A DNA stretch of 64,000 bases, from NCBI GenBank assembly GCA_965240325.2, contig OZ251229.1, forward strand, positions 1,054,001-1,118,000. The letters run 5' to 3'. Below the pieces are notes generated by a model, which did not search any database, was not told the DNA's origin, and worked only from the letters and a program-made list of their open reading frames with translations. Source of the DNA: Rebecca billardiae RCC1528 (lineage: Eukaryota; Protista; Haptophyta). This document shows, piece after piece, positions 20,167 through 31,716 of the stretch (the stretch's first letter is position 1; each line of letters starts with the position of its first letter). The position numbers were made by a program, and so were the translations under genes.

Positions 20167-23100
20167 GAGGCCACTCCACCGAAATCAGCCGGCGGGTGGG
20201 CATGTCGGTAGCGCCTCCGGGTGGGGTTACCCCACCCGAGCGCGCACCTCGGGTGGGGTCAGTGGGCGCTGACGGCGACGCGCGCCGCGGGCGTCGCTCG
20301 ACGCGCACCGCGGGCGTTTTTCGAGTCCGCGTGGCCCGCGCGCGCGTCCTGCGGGTGAGCCCAGCCACTCTGCCCTCGCGCGCCGCTGGCTGCGCGCCTC
20401 TCCGCCTCTCACGCCGCTCGCCAATGGCCCGCGACTGCGCGTCGGCACGCTTGGCCGCCTCGGCCGACCGCGAGCGCGCACAGGCGGGCACAAGGAAGGC
20501 TGACGATGATTTGCGGGCGCGTTGTGCGCGGACCATGCGTATACGCTCCGCCCAGCCGCACGCGTCGGTCGCGCACGCCGACCAAGGCGAGCTCGAGCGC
20601 GTGCGCAAGCTGCCGCTCGCCCAGTTTTGGACACATGATGGTGCCAGCGACTCGAGCGCGCCCAAGCGCCGGTAGAGTGCGCGCCGCGCTCCCGCGAGGA
20701 GCAGCGCGGTCGCAGATCACCCGTGCGCCTGCGCCCTGCGCCCTGCGCGATCCGCGCCCTCGCCTGCGCCAGACGCGCGAGGCAGCGGCGCGTCGCACGT
20801 GCGCCGCGCGAGCGCGGCGCACGCCTGCAGCCTGCATGCAGCGGCCGCAGCTGGTATGATGAGCCTCAGCTGCGTGTTTGCCTGCGCGAGGATGAGGAGG
20901 GCGCGCAGGGCGTGCGCTTGAACGGACAGGCTGTGTACCAGCGCGGCGGTGCACCTAAGCCTCCTGATCCTCGCGCGCGTATCGTCCCTGGACAGCACAT
21001 CAGCAGAATCGTCACGTCAGACTCGAGTCCACTGCGTCGCTGTCGCCAGGTTACAGGTTGCGCAACCAGTCGCCACACGACACGACCATCATCTCCGGCT
21101 GCCATGACGAGGACGCGTACAGCCCGGTACTGACGCGTGCATGCAGCGCGATGCGTACTCACCTCGAATGGACTCGCTTCGTGCGCCGTCCGCAATCAAC
21201 GCCAGCGATAGCCGAAGGAGTGCTGCTCTGCATAGCATCGATGCAGACGCAAGCGCGGGCGAGGAGCGACTTGGGCGCTAGGCAGCAACGACTGCGTGCT
21301 GATTGATCGACTCGTGCTGCGACGACAACTCAGTGGCAAAGGCCCTCACAGTAAAGTTGTAGCATACGCCGTGACGATGTCTCAGCGTGGAGCACGGGGC
21401 TTGACGTACGACGCCTCTGAGCAGCTTTCTGTCGTGGTCGTGAATGAACCGCATTCGGTGCGGGCCGCTCGGCGCATGCCGGCGCTGCGGACCGGCCGCG
21501 GCCGCGCGGCCGCCTGATCAGGGATCGGTAGGCGGGCCCGGCGGCGCCCGCCCGCTGACCGCGGCGAGACTCTGGCTGAGACCGACTTCGATGGCCGCGG
21601 TGGCTCGCGGCGCCGCGCGCGCGCGGCCCACTTGGCCGGCTGCCGCCGCGGCTTGCGGTCGCGAGCAAGTCACCCGGGCTGCGCTGGCCGCCGCACTTCA
21701 ACAGTAGCAGCGGCCGCCACGGTGGCTGGCCGCCTGACGGCCGCCGCTCGCAGGCCGCAGGCCGCGCAGCCTCGTGGCAGTCTGCGCTCACATGACGGCA
21801 GACTGGCCATCGGCGCCCCTCGGCGGCCGCGAGCAGCCCCTTCATCTTCGGTTGACGGCGTGTTGGCGGCCGAGTGTTGTCGCGGGCGGCCGCAGTCGTG
21901 TCAACTCATCGTCGCCTCTACCGCAGCGGCTTTGTCGTCCGAGTCAGTGCCAGGCTGCCGTCTTGGACGCCTTGGATGCCACTGCGGTTGCCTTGACGAA
22001 CGCGTGCAGTCGTTGCGTCTGAAGTGTCTTTGAGAGAGCCGATGGCCAAGCCGGGCGAACGCGCCGCCGCGGAGCCATCGGCGGTACCTACCACACTGCC
22101 ATCGACACGCCGATGCGCAGTCGCCACGCCGGCGCCACGCAGTCCTGCGCCAAGCCCCAGCTGCTGCTGTCAGGGCTCGGGAACACAGCGCAGCTGGCAT
22201 CACTCTGCGCGCACAGCCATCTTGCGTGCTGCCCAGCTAGGCAAGTGGCACAGCACGTGGCAGATCCGGGCGTGGCGTGCTTATGAGGCGGCGCTGTGTG
22301 ACATTGTGCTCGCGCTGTGAACGGCGCTGTCGACAGCGCAGGCGGCCACGATCTTGGTGCAACAAGGTGTGGCCGCGATGCGTGGGAACAGTACTGTCGA
22401 AAGTAGCGTATCTGCCAATCGTCAAGCTACAATGCCCGCGTCTGGTATGCTCTTGGTCACGCGAGCATGCTGTCCCCTTGTCTCAGCATGTGCCTCAGAC
22501 TAACTAGCACCGTTGTCTAATGGCATCGATATGGCTGTGGCTGCTACTCGTGCGTAGGCTACAGGTAGCAAGGCGTGCGCCGCGCTCGCGCGGCGCACGT
22601 GCGACGCGCCGCTGCCTCGCGCGTCTGGCGCAGGCGAGGGCGCGGATCGCGCAGGGCGCAGGGCGCAGGCGCACGGGTGATCTGCGACCGCGCTGCGCGC
22701 ACTCTACCGGCGCTTGGGCGCGCTCGAGTCGCTGGCACCATCATGTGTCCAAAACTGGGCGAGCGGCAGCTTGCGCACGCGCTCGAGCTCGCCTTGGTCG
22801 GCGTGCGCGACCGACGCGTGCGGCTGGGCGGAGCGTATACGCATGGTCCGCGCACAACGCGCCCGCAAATCATCGTCAGCCTTCCTTGTGCCCGCCTGTG
22901 CGCGCTCGCGGTCGGCCGAGGCGGCCAAGCGTGCCGACGCGCAGTCGCGGGCCATTGGCGAGCGGCGTGAGAGGCGGAGAGGCGCGCAGCCAGCGGCGCG
23001 CGAGGGCAGAGTGGCTGGGCTCACCCGCAGGACGCGCGCGCGGGCCACGCGGACTCGAAAAACGCCCGCGGTGCGCGTCGAGCGACGCCCGCGGCGCGCG

Positions 23101-23212
23101 TCGCCGTCAGCGCCCACTGACCCCACCCGAGGTGCGCGCTCGGGTGGGGTAACCCCACCCGGAGGCGCTACCGACATGCCCACCCGCCGGCTGATTTCGG
23201 TGGAGTGGCCTC
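20167..23212. mobile_element. Non-autonomous DNA transposon: ~650-bp TIRs, GAGGCC termini, 5-bp TSD ACACG
   Basis: Arms 20167-20826 and 22571-23212 are reverse complements apart from one ~18-nt indel. ACACG lies at 20162-20166 and 23213-23217. Confidence 0.9.
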
Positions 23213-23287
23213 ACACGGGTAGGACAGTGGACGTGAAACGCGGTGGAATCTGCCGGCTCTTCATTTCCGTCTGGACTTCTTGGCGCG

Positions 23288-24183
23288 ATGTCGCCCGTGC
23301 TCGCCCTTGTGCTCGCGCTGCCCGCGATGCCGCTCGCGGCACGCGTCCACACCCGCGTGCACCTCAGCCGGGCCGCCGTGCGGATGATTGATGAGGACAC
23401 GCCGACCAGCTACGCCGACTACATGAAGAAGAAGCAGGGCTCGGAGTTGAGTGAGAAGCTCGAGAAGGGCGAGGTCGTGTTCGACGCAAACTCGGACTGG
23501 CAGCGCACGGAGGGCGAGGGCGGCAAGAGCACGATGAGCCAGGGCTTCGCGTCGACGGACACGCCCGACTTCCTTCCCGAGGAGGGCGACCCGCGCGCCG
23601 ACATCGACTTCCAGCAGGGCATGATGGGCTCGCAGAAGGCGAAGCAGGAGCACGACCACGACCCGGGAGTGAGCGCCGCGCTCGAGGTGAACCCAGAGGT
23701 TGTAGCGGGCGTGGAGATCGACGGCAACCGCCGCGTCGAGTTCGTCGTGCCAGAGGAGCGCTGGCCGGGCGACCCCGCGGCACAGCTGGCGGCTGAGTTC
23801 GATCTCGGGTGCGCGCGGACGCGCGCCGGCCTGGCGGCGAGGCTGCGCCGCCGCCCGTGCCAACGCCCCGCGCCCACCCACCCCGGCGCTGCGACGGCAG
23901 GCCAACAAGCCACATCGGCAAGCACTTTCAGTTCGACGTTGAGCCCGTGTGCATGACCTTTGAGGACTACTACGCTGGCTGGACGGCTGGGAGCGACCCG
24001 GCGTTCAAGGTCGAGCCACCGTTCGGCCGGATGGATAAGAAGGGCGGCGCAGTCAGCACTTTCACCGTGCACTGCGAGCCCAGCGGCCCGGAGCGCGACA
24101 TCGAGGGGTACATGTGCATCATCCTGCCCGACGACGGTGAGCAGTGGACCTTCAAGTTCACTGCGCACTGCACGGGCTCATAG
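23288..24183 (+). CDS. Hypothetical, probably plastid-targeted protein (signal + transit peptide) with a beta-rich C-terminal domain; intron 23809-23900
   Basis: MSPVLALVLALPA...LSRAAVRM looks like a bipartite leader. Splicing gives DLGPTSHIGKHF...MTFEDYYAGWT..SDPAF.V.P..GRMDKKGG. Confidence 0.75.
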
Positions 24184-25028
24184 GAGGCGGCGAGGAAGGG
24201 AGGTTTCTTAATTGGCGCGGCTTATTGCGTGCATTGCTGTGGGGATGACTCTTCGTCTCGCGGCGAGACTCCACGCCCCTGCCGGCCATTCCGGGGAGAC
24301 GCGACCGGCGGGCGCTGCATTGCCGACCGAGAAGTTCATGGAATCGATGGTGCAACTGGCCCGGCCTGGGCCGAGCCGGTGCGGCGCACTCTCAGCCGGG
24401 ACTGGGCACTTGGGAGTGACCCGCGGGCCACTGGCTAACCGTGCCAGACTGTCACAATGGACTTCACTCGGAGTTCAATTGATTAGCACTCCGCTCAGCG
24501 GCTCCGAGACCGGCTGCCTGGCTGCGTCAGCACGGACGGCGTACGGTCAGTCGGACGCCGGGACGGCGACTCAGCCCCGGCAGCGGCCCGCCGGCGCGGG
24601 TCCGGGCCGCGCGGGCCGCGTTGCAGCAGTCAAGAATTTCGGGCCGCACTCGGTCACTGTCTATCTGAGTATCATCTCTATGAGTATGTTACAAACCGTA
24701 CTAACTAGTCGAAGTGACGGTAACTATACCGAGTACACTGGCACTAACACTATGATAGGCACAGTTAGCTTTGAAGTGAGACCGTGTGAGTTATAATTCC
24801 GCCATCGGCCCGACTCCAGCGAGATTCATTTACCACCGCGGTGGCGCGCGCGCGTCGACGCCAGACGTGAGACGGTGCGTCGAGCTAATTCCGCTCGGCG
24901 ATGGAGTGATGGGCGACTACGAGGGGGGGGACGACGGCGAGGAGCGCTGATCCTGGTGTTTGTCTCTGCTGCTCGATCTGCTGCTACAGCTTGCTGACTC
25001 TGACGCCTGCCCGTTGCATACCACGTCG

Positions 25029-25032
<4 letters not shown>

Positions 25033-25073
<41 letters not shown>

Positions 25074-25125
25074 TAATGCATATTACATTATAATTATAAT
25101 ATAATTATATTATAAAATAATGTAC
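25033..25125. repeat. (TA)n microsatellite followed by an AT-rich tract
   Basis: Read directly from the sequence. Confidence 0.9.
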
Positions 25126-25703
25126 TGCTACATTGATAATTTGGCGGCTCTAACTCCGGGACCGTGTCTTTGCGCGACTTGGCCGCTGGGAGGCGCGTCG
25201 TCATGCATTGAACGTCACACATGTCTCACATCATAGCAGCTGCCCAAAGCCAAGACTCATGCACATCTCGCTTCCGGGCCGCGTGCGGCGTGCCGGGCGT
25301 GAGGGCGGCGCTTGATGTCACGTTCGGCTGGCTGCTGTTTGTCAGACGCGCCGTCACTGGGAGTGGACGCGAGAGTGGCGCAGCGGCCAGGATGAGATCG
25401 CGTGGTACAGTCGTCGTCGAGAGCGCCCAGTCTCCCAACATGATGCGCCGAGCGACGAGCTTGCATGCTCGACGTCAGCTCACTTGTCGTGGAGTAGGAC
25501 GGCACCGTGCTGGTGATCGCTGCCCAAACCGTCACCGCGCGAGCCGCGCGGCGGTAGGCATGGACGACGATACATCGTGCGAAGCACGTTCACGCCAAAG
25601 GCGCCTCGCCCGGCCTCGAGCGGTTCGCTGACACGCCGGACGGCGCTTGCGTGCTCGTGAACAGGCGCTCGCATATTGAAGTGAACGAGCGCTCGAACGG
25701 AAA

Positions 25704-25823
25704 TTACTTGGAGCGCTGGCGCATCTTCCTCCTGCGGCGCATGAGGCGGCGCGTGCGCTTCTTCTTCCACTTCCACCGCATGGCCGCGGTGGCCTTTTTC
25801 CATGGGTTGGACTTGTGCCCCAT
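25704..25823 (-). CDS. RPL41: Ribosomal protein eL41 (39-aa form with N-terminal extension); probable 5'UTR intron 25834-26046
   Basis: Translates to MGHKSNPWKKATAAMRWKWKKKRTRRLMRRRRKMRQRSK*. Good start context gccgccATGG; upstream GTGAGT donor and CTGACgcgCAG acceptor. Confidence 0.95.
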   Translation of the reverse strand: MGHKSNPWKKATAAMRWKWKKKRTRRLMRRRRKMRQRSK

Positions 25824-26190
25824 GGCGGCGGACCTGCGCGTCAGCGATCAGCGCCAGTAGGGCGGGAGGGCGCGCCGTCAGATCATGCGCGGCGGTGACT
25901 TCGGGGGGAGGAGGCTGCGCGAGGGCGGCATCCTCAGGGTGTGAGGCACGGGTCGATGCCGTTGCGCGCCCACGAGGCTGGCTGTGCTGCCCATCCGCAC
26001 CACCCCCAGAGGCCGCAGCGCCGCCCCGCGCGTGCGCCCGACTCACCTCGCTGCAGCTGCGAGCCGAGCGTGGGCCACGCGCCACGATGGGCGGTCCGGA
26101 TACAAATGGGCGTCCGGTCTGGGCGCCACCCGTCCACTTTGGCCACGATGGGGGTACGGTTCCTGACGAGCGGCGGGAAACTCCGGACGC

Positions 26191-27384
26191 ATGGCGGCGG
26201 ACGACCCGGGCGCCTCGCATGGCGCCGCGAGCCCGACGCCGGTGACTGTGATCACGGGCTTCCTCGGCTCGGGCAAGTCGACGCTGCTGAAGCACGTGCT
26301 CACTGAGCGCCACGGCCGCCGGATCGCCGTGATCCAGAACGAGCTCGCCGCGGGCGAGGCCATGGCCGAGCAGATCAGCACCGTCAGCGAGACAGGCGAC
26401 CGGTTCGACGAGTGGGTCGAGCTGCCGAACGGCTGCCTGTGCTGCTCGGTGCGCGACAAGCTGACCGTTGCGCTCGAGTCGCTCATGGAGCGCCGTGGCC
26501 AGTTCGACTACATCCTCATCGAGACCACGGGCGTCGCCAACCCGGGCGCGCTCGCGTCGACGTTCTGGCTCGACGAGGAGCTCGAGTCGTCGCTCATGAT
26601 CGACGGGATCGTGACGATGGTGGACGCGGCGAACGTGCTGCGCCACGTGTCAGCGGAGGACCCGCTCGCCGACGCGAACGAGGCGGTCCAGCAGATCGCC
26701 TACGCCGACCGCATCGTGCTCAACAAGCTCGACCTCCTGGCCGAGCAGCCGGAGCGCGTGCACGAGGTTGAGGCCGCGGTGCGCGCCATCAACGGGCTCG
26801 CCCCGATCGTGCGCGCGGAGCATGCGCGGGTGGACCTCGACCTCGTGCTGCACACCGGCTCGTTCGACACGTCGCGCGTGCGCGACGTCGCGCGCTCGCT
26901 TGCCGCCGTCACCGGCGCCGGCGGCGCGCGCGCGCGCGGGCGCGGCCTCGCAGATGCCGAGCAGTGCGTCCCGTGCGCCGACGCCCCGGCGGCGGCGGGC
27001 CCGCCGCCCGCGGCGCACTCGATTCGCGTGGAGACGTGCACGCTGCGCGAGGAGCGGCCCCTCGACCTGGAGCTCGTGAAGCGCTGGCTGTGCGACCTGC
27101 TGTGGGAGCGGCCGGACTCCACGGTCTACCGCATGAAGGGCGTGCTGCACTGCGCGGGAGAGCCCGCGCCGTTTGTGCTGCAGGCGGTGCACGAGCTGTG
27201 GGACCTCAAGCCGTGCGCACCGGCGGAGGTGGCGGCGCTGCGGCTGGGTGGGGGGGTCGAGGCGGGCGCGGACGGCGCGGGCGGTGTGGCGCCGTGGAGC
27301 CAGGTCGTTGTCATCGCGAGCAGCCTCTCCGCCGACACGCTACGACAGGAGCTCAGCGCCTGCGTTGCCGGCGGGCCGGCCTGA
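26191..27384 (+). CDS. COG0523/CobW-family Zn-regulated GTPase metallochaperone (ZNG1/CBWD-like)
   Basis: [38 protein letters not shown], CobW_C-like YRMKGVL. Confidence 0.92.
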   Translation: MAADDPGASHGAASPTPVTVITGFLGSGKSTLLKHVLTERHGRRIAVIQNELAAGEAMAEQISTVSETGDRFDEWVELPNGCLCCSVRDKLTVALESLMERRGQFDYILIETTGVANPGALASTFWLDEELESSLMIDGIVTMVDAANVLRHVSAEDPLADANEAVQQIAYADRIVLNKLDLLAEQPERVHEVEAAVRAINGLAPIVRAEHARVDLDLVLHTGSFDTSRVRDVARSLAAVTGAGGARARGRGLADAEQCVPCADAPAAAGPPPAAHSIRVETCTLREERPLDLELVKRWLCDLLWERPDSTVYRMKGVLHCAGEPAPFVLQAVHELWDLKPCAPAEVAALRLGGGVEAGADGAGGVAPWSQVVVIASSLSADTLRQELSACVAGGPA

Positions 27385-27759
27385 TGCGCTTGGACTCCGT
27401 GCATCATGTCTTCATGAGGGCGACCGGCGAGTCGGCGACCGGACGGGCGGAGCCGGGTTGTTTACTTGTTTGGGCTTCCCGGACCCGACCAAGATAGTGA
27501 AGACTGTTTCAACGGCGTGATGAGTACTTTGGGATCGACGTAGGCGAAAAAATTGGGGCGATTTCGACCTCCGAATACGAACAACACGAGCTTGATTAAC
27601 GTCAAGATAGCTCGCTGATTGTTGGCGGGGTAGGAGCTGCGTCGCACTGATTCGTCTCGCGAAAGTTGCGCTGGTCTGTCTGGGCGGCCTTTTGCTGCCC
27701 CCCCGCTAGTGCTCGCCGACTCGCCCGCCCGCACGGCGGCGGCCCAGCGTGCGGCCGCC

Positions 27760-30700
27760 ATGACGGGCACGACAAAGGAGCAGGCAAAGGATATGCACGA
27801 CCTGTCCAAGATGTCCTCGCTCAACGAAGACTCGGTCGTCACCGTGCTCAAGGCACGTCTGATGACGCACGAGCTGATATACACGCGCGTGCATCGGCTG
27901 CTCGTGGCGGTCAACCCGCTCAAGGACATCCCTGGGCTGTACACGGAGGAGCGCATGCGGCTGTACACGGAGGATCAGAACGCTGAGCCCCCCCACGCCT
28001 ACGAGGTCGCGGCTAGCGCGTACCGCCGCATGCTTGACGGCACCGACCAGGCAGTCGTCATCACGGGCGAGTCGGGCGCCGGCAAGACGGAGACGTTCAA
28101 GAAGATGATCCAGTACCTGTCGTGGCGCGCGCCGACCTCGCCGATGGACGAGGGCTCGTCGGTGGCCAGCTTCGAGCAGCTGCTCATCAAGACGGTGCCC
28201 GCCCTCGAGTCGTTTGGCAACGCGGCGACCGCGCTCAACCACAACTCGTCACGGTACGGCAAGTTTGTCTCGCTGTACTACACGCGGCAGGGCCGGCTCG
28301 CCGGCGTGGTGCTCAAGTCGTACCTGCTCGAGAAGACGCGCGTCTGCGCCGCCGGCGGCGAGCGCACCTTCCACTCCTTCTACGAGCTCGTCTGCGGCGC
28401 GCCGGGCGACATGCGGCACCAGCTCAAGCTCGAGGCGCTGCCGCCGTCGACGCGGTACATCGTCAACCTCGGCCAGTACAACGCGCAGCACACGGCGCGG
28501 AAGCGCTCGGCGTCGATGCGCCGCGGCAGCTCCTCGACGCTGCTCGACCAGCTCCGCTCGCGCCGCGGCTCCAACGTCGCGGCGAGCAGCCCCGTCGGCC
28601 AGGGCCCCATGCCCGGCCGGCGCGGCTCGCGCGTGCCCAGCCTCGCGGACATCAGCTCGGCGTTCCGACGCGGCGGCGGCAAGAAGGAGGACGCGCCGCT
28701 GGCGCCGCAGCCGTACGACAAGCGGAACGACGGCGAGGAGTTCAAGGACACGCGCAAGGCGATCGCCGCGTGCGGCGTCGACGAGGCCGACGAGGACGCC
28801 GTCTGGATGTGCGTCGGCGCGCTGCTGCACCTCGGCGCGGTCGACTTTGTCGCGGCCGACAAGGACGGCGCCGCCGCCAAGGAGTCGGACACCGACCCCG
28901 AGGCGGAGCGCTCGACGCTGACGCCGGCGTGCCAGTCGTCGCTCTCGTACGCGGCGGACCTGCTCGGCGTGGACTCGACCGCCCTCGCCAACGCGCTCAC
29001 CACGCGCAAGATCAAGGCGGGCGCGGAGTGGGTGACCGCGCACAACTCGCCCAAGGCGAGCCGGCAGGTGACGGACGCGCTCGCCAAGGCCATCTACGCG
29101 CGCGTGTTTGCGTGGCTCTTCGAGGTGACGAACTGGGCGCTGGGCGGGACGGACGCGACGGCGCAGGCGGCGATGGCGGACGACGACGACAAGGAGCACC
29201 GCCACGACGACGACGGCGAGGGCAAGGCGCAGACCCTCATCGGCCTGCTCGACATGTTCGGGTTTGAGGCGTTCCAGCACAACTCGCTCGAGCAGCTGTG
29301 CATCAACGTCGCCAACGAGCGGCTGCAGGTGCACTTCACGCGCACGATGTTCGAGACGGTGCAGCGCGAGGCGATGGAGGAGGGGATCGACTTCAAGGAG
29401 ACCGACTTCTCCGCCGTCGACCCCGGGCCCACCCTCGACCTCCTCTCCACCAAGGGCACCGGCGTGATGCCGATGATCTCGGAGGAGTGCTACGTGCCGC
29501 GCGGCACGGACCAGACGCTGCTGCAGAAGCTCGCCGAGAAGCACAAGGGCCACGAGCGCTTCTCGCTGCCGCGGCAGGGCGGGCGGTTCGGCATCGCGCA
29601 CTACGCGGGGATCGTGCAGTACGAGACCGACGGCATGCTCGACAAGAACCGCGACCCGCTCCCGCAGGACGCCGCCGTGCTGCTCTCGACGTCGGGCGTG
29701 CCGTTTGTGGGCGCCATGTTCACCGCGCGCACGGGCGCGACTGGCACGGTGGGCAAGGCGCGCACGCGCGCGGGCGTGCTGCCCGCGTTCGACGCGCAGC
29801 TGCGCGACCTGAGCGCGATCCTCGAGGCGGCCGAGTCGCGCTTCGTCCGCTGCATCAAGCCCAACATGAAGCAGGAGCCCGGCCTGTACGACGTGCCCGT
29901 CGTCGTCAAGCAGCTACGCTCGTCCGCAGTCGTCGCCGCGATCGAGACGGTCGCCGCTGGCTTCCCTGACCGCGTGCCGCACGCCGAGCTGGTGCGGCGG
30001 TACACGTCGGTCGCGCCGAAGGAGGCGTTCCACGACGACGAGCGCCCGCCGGACAACGGCAAGGGCGTCGAGCAGGTCCTCGGCGCGCTCGGCGTGCGCC
30101 GCGACCTCTACGCCGTCGGCAAGACGAAGACCTTTCTGCGCGCGGGTGTCACGCAGTACCTCGAGCGCGCGCGCGACGCCAAGCTGATCGCGGCCGCGCA
30201 GCGGATCGCGGCGCGGCACCGCGGGCGACACGCGCGCTTCGTCTTCCAGGGCATGCTGATCGAGAAGCGCGCGAAGGAGGCCGCCGAGGCCGCCAAGGCC
30301 GCCGAGAAGAAGCGGCGGCAGTCGCTCGTCGCCTCACAGGCCATCCAGGAGGCACAGCTGGCGGGCGGGGCCCCGCAGACGGGTGTCAACCTCTCCGAGC
30401 TGTCGATGCGCGCGCTGCAGGAGCACGAGTCGGCGCAGAAGGAGCACGAGGAGGCGATCGAGCGGTACAGGCAAGCGGAGGAGGCGCGGCTCGCGCGCGA
30501 GGAGGAGCTCGCCAACGACCCGCGCGCGCAGCGGCTCGCCAAGCTGCGCCGCGCCGCCGCCGCGAGCCGCGGCGGCGGCGGCGCCGACGGCCGGCGCCGG
30601 CCGCCGACCGCGCCGGGCATGGCGTTCACCTTCGGCGGCGCGCTGGGCGGCGACCAGAGCGACACGCTCTTCGGCCGGTCGATCCCGTTCGAGTCCGCCG

Positions 30701-31716
30701 AGGTCGCGCTCAAGCTCGCCACCGAGCTCGGGTACACCGTCGCCGAGCTCGAGTACGGCCGCTACCTCGGGCTGCAGATCACGGACGCGGACTCGCCCGA
30801 CGCTGGCCTGCTCTACATTGCGCGCGAGGGGCTGGCGGCGGACCTGCCGGACGGGTGGGAGGAGCACCTCGACCCGGAGGGGCGCGTGTACTACGCGAAC
30901 CACCAGACGGGCGCGCTCTCGCGCGCGCACCCCACCGACGAGGTGTACCGCCAGCAGATCCACGACGCGCGGTACGGCAAGGGCTCCTACCTGTCGCTCT
31001 CGCTGTCCATGGTCACCTCCACCTACATCGTGGACGCGCTCGGCCAGCTGCGCCCGTCGCAGATGAAGCGCGCCGCGGCGGCGTTCGAGAAGTACGACCG
31101 CGAGCGCGTCGGGCTGATCTCGTTCGACGACTTCGCCGCCGCGGTGCACGAGCACGCCACGAAGACGGGGCGCGCCGAGCCGGTCGCGCTGCCAAAGGTC
31201 CGCGCCATGTTCACGACCGCCGACCTCACGCACTCGGGCTCGATCGACCTCAACGAGTTCGTGCACATGCAGAAGCTGCGGCAGGAGCGGATCTCGAAGC
31301 GGAAGGAGGAGCGCGAGGCGAAGAAGAAGGCGGAGGAGGAGGCCGCGCCCGGCCAGGACGAGCTGGGCGAGGCGACGTGGGACGCGGGCGGCGGCAAGGC
31401 GAGCAAGTCCAAAAACCGGCTGCTCGCCGCCGCGGCCAAGGCGTCGATGCTCGTGGGGCGCTCGTCGTCCTTCATCGGCGAGCGGGAGGGGATGGGCGCC
31501 GCGCCCGCGGCCGACGACGCGCAGAAGCCGAACGGCGACAGCGCGCGCCGCAGCGTCGAGGGCGCCAACGGCAAGGCGCCCTCGCCCAACAAGCCAGCCG
31601 CGGCCGCGGGGGCTCCGATCGTCAGCGATGACGAGGACGGCGGCGGGGGCGGCGGCTGCTGCGCGCCCAAGAAAAAGCCAAAGAAGCAGGCATCGACGGG
31701 GGCGCTGCGCGTATGA
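27760..31716 (+). CDS. Unconventional myosin: motor, IQ, coiled coil, CEP164-like WW module, EF-hand pair, Cys-Cys/basic C-terminus
   Basis: LVAVNP, GESGAGKT, ESFGNA.T..NHNSSRYGK, LLDMFGFE, EQLCIN..NE.LQ, FVRCIKPN, GKTKTFLR; WW LPDGWEE...GRVYYAN; EF loops DRERVGLISFDDF and DLTHSGSIDLNEF. Confidence 0.93.
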   Translation: MTGTTKEQAKDMHDLSKMSSLNEDSVVTVLKARLMTHELIYTRVHRLLVAVNPLKDIPGLYTEERMRLYTEDQNAEPPHAYEVAASAYRRMLDGTDQAVVITGESGAGKTETFKKMIQYLSWRAPTSPMDEGSSVASFEQLLIKTVPALESFGNAATALNHNSSRYGKFVSLYYTRQGRLAGVVLKSYLLEKTRVCAAGGERTFHSFYELVCGAPGDMRHQLKLEALPPSTRYIVNLGQYNAQHTARKRSASMRRGSSSTLLDQLRSRRGSNVAASSPVGQGPMPGRRGSRVPSLADISSAFRRGGGKKEDAPLAPQPYDKRNDGEEFKDTRKAIAACGVDEADEDAVWMCVGALLHLGAVDFVAADKDGAAAKESDTDPEAERSTLTPACQSSLSYAADLLGVDSTALANALTTRKIKAGAEWVTAHNSPKASRQVTDALAKAIYARVFAWLFEVTNWALGGTDATAQAAMADDDDKEHRHDDDGEGKAQTLIGLLDMFGFEAFQHNSLEQLCINVANERLQVHFTRTMFETVQREAMEEGIDFKETDFSAVDPGPTLDLLSTKGTGVMPMISEECYVPRGTDQTLLQKLAEKHKGHERFSLPRQGGRFGIAHYAGIVQYETDGMLDKNRDPLPQDAAVLLSTSGVPFVGAMFTARTGATGTVGKARTRAGVLPAFDAQLRDLSAILEAAESRFVRCIKPNMKQEPGLYDVPVVVKQLRSSAVVAAIETVAAGFPDRVPHAELVRRYTSVAPKEAFHDDERPPDNGKGVEQVLGALGVRRDLYAVGKTKTFLRAGVTQYLERARDAKLIAAAQRIAARHRGRHARFVFQGMLIEKRAKEAAEAAKAAEKKRRQSLVASQAIQEAQLAGGAPQTGVNLSELSMRALQEHESAQKEHEEAIERYRQAEEARLAREEELANDPRAQRLAKLRRAAAASRGGGGADGRRRPPTAPGMAFTFGGALGGDQSDTLFGRSIPFESAEVALKLATELGYTVAELEYGRYLGLQITDADSPDAGLLYIAREGLAADLPDGWEEHLDPEGRVYYANHQTGALSRAHPTDEVYRQQIHDARYGKGSYLSLSLSMVTSTYIVDALGQLRPSQMKRAAAAFEKYDRERVGLISFDDFAAAVHEHATKTGRAEPVALPKVRAMFTTADLTHSGSIDLNEFVHMQKLRQERISKRKEEREAKKKAEEEAAPGQDELGEATWDAGGGKASKSKNRLLAAAAKASMLVGRSSSFIGEREGMGAAPAADDAQKPNGDSARRSVEGANGKAPSPNKPAAAAGAPIVSDDEDGGGGGGCCAPKKKPKKQASTGALRV

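Noticed and set aside
20227-23183. Duplicated ORFs such as MGALESLAPS... on opposite strands
   Set aside because: They arise from the two TIR arms of one transposon and have no protein motifs.
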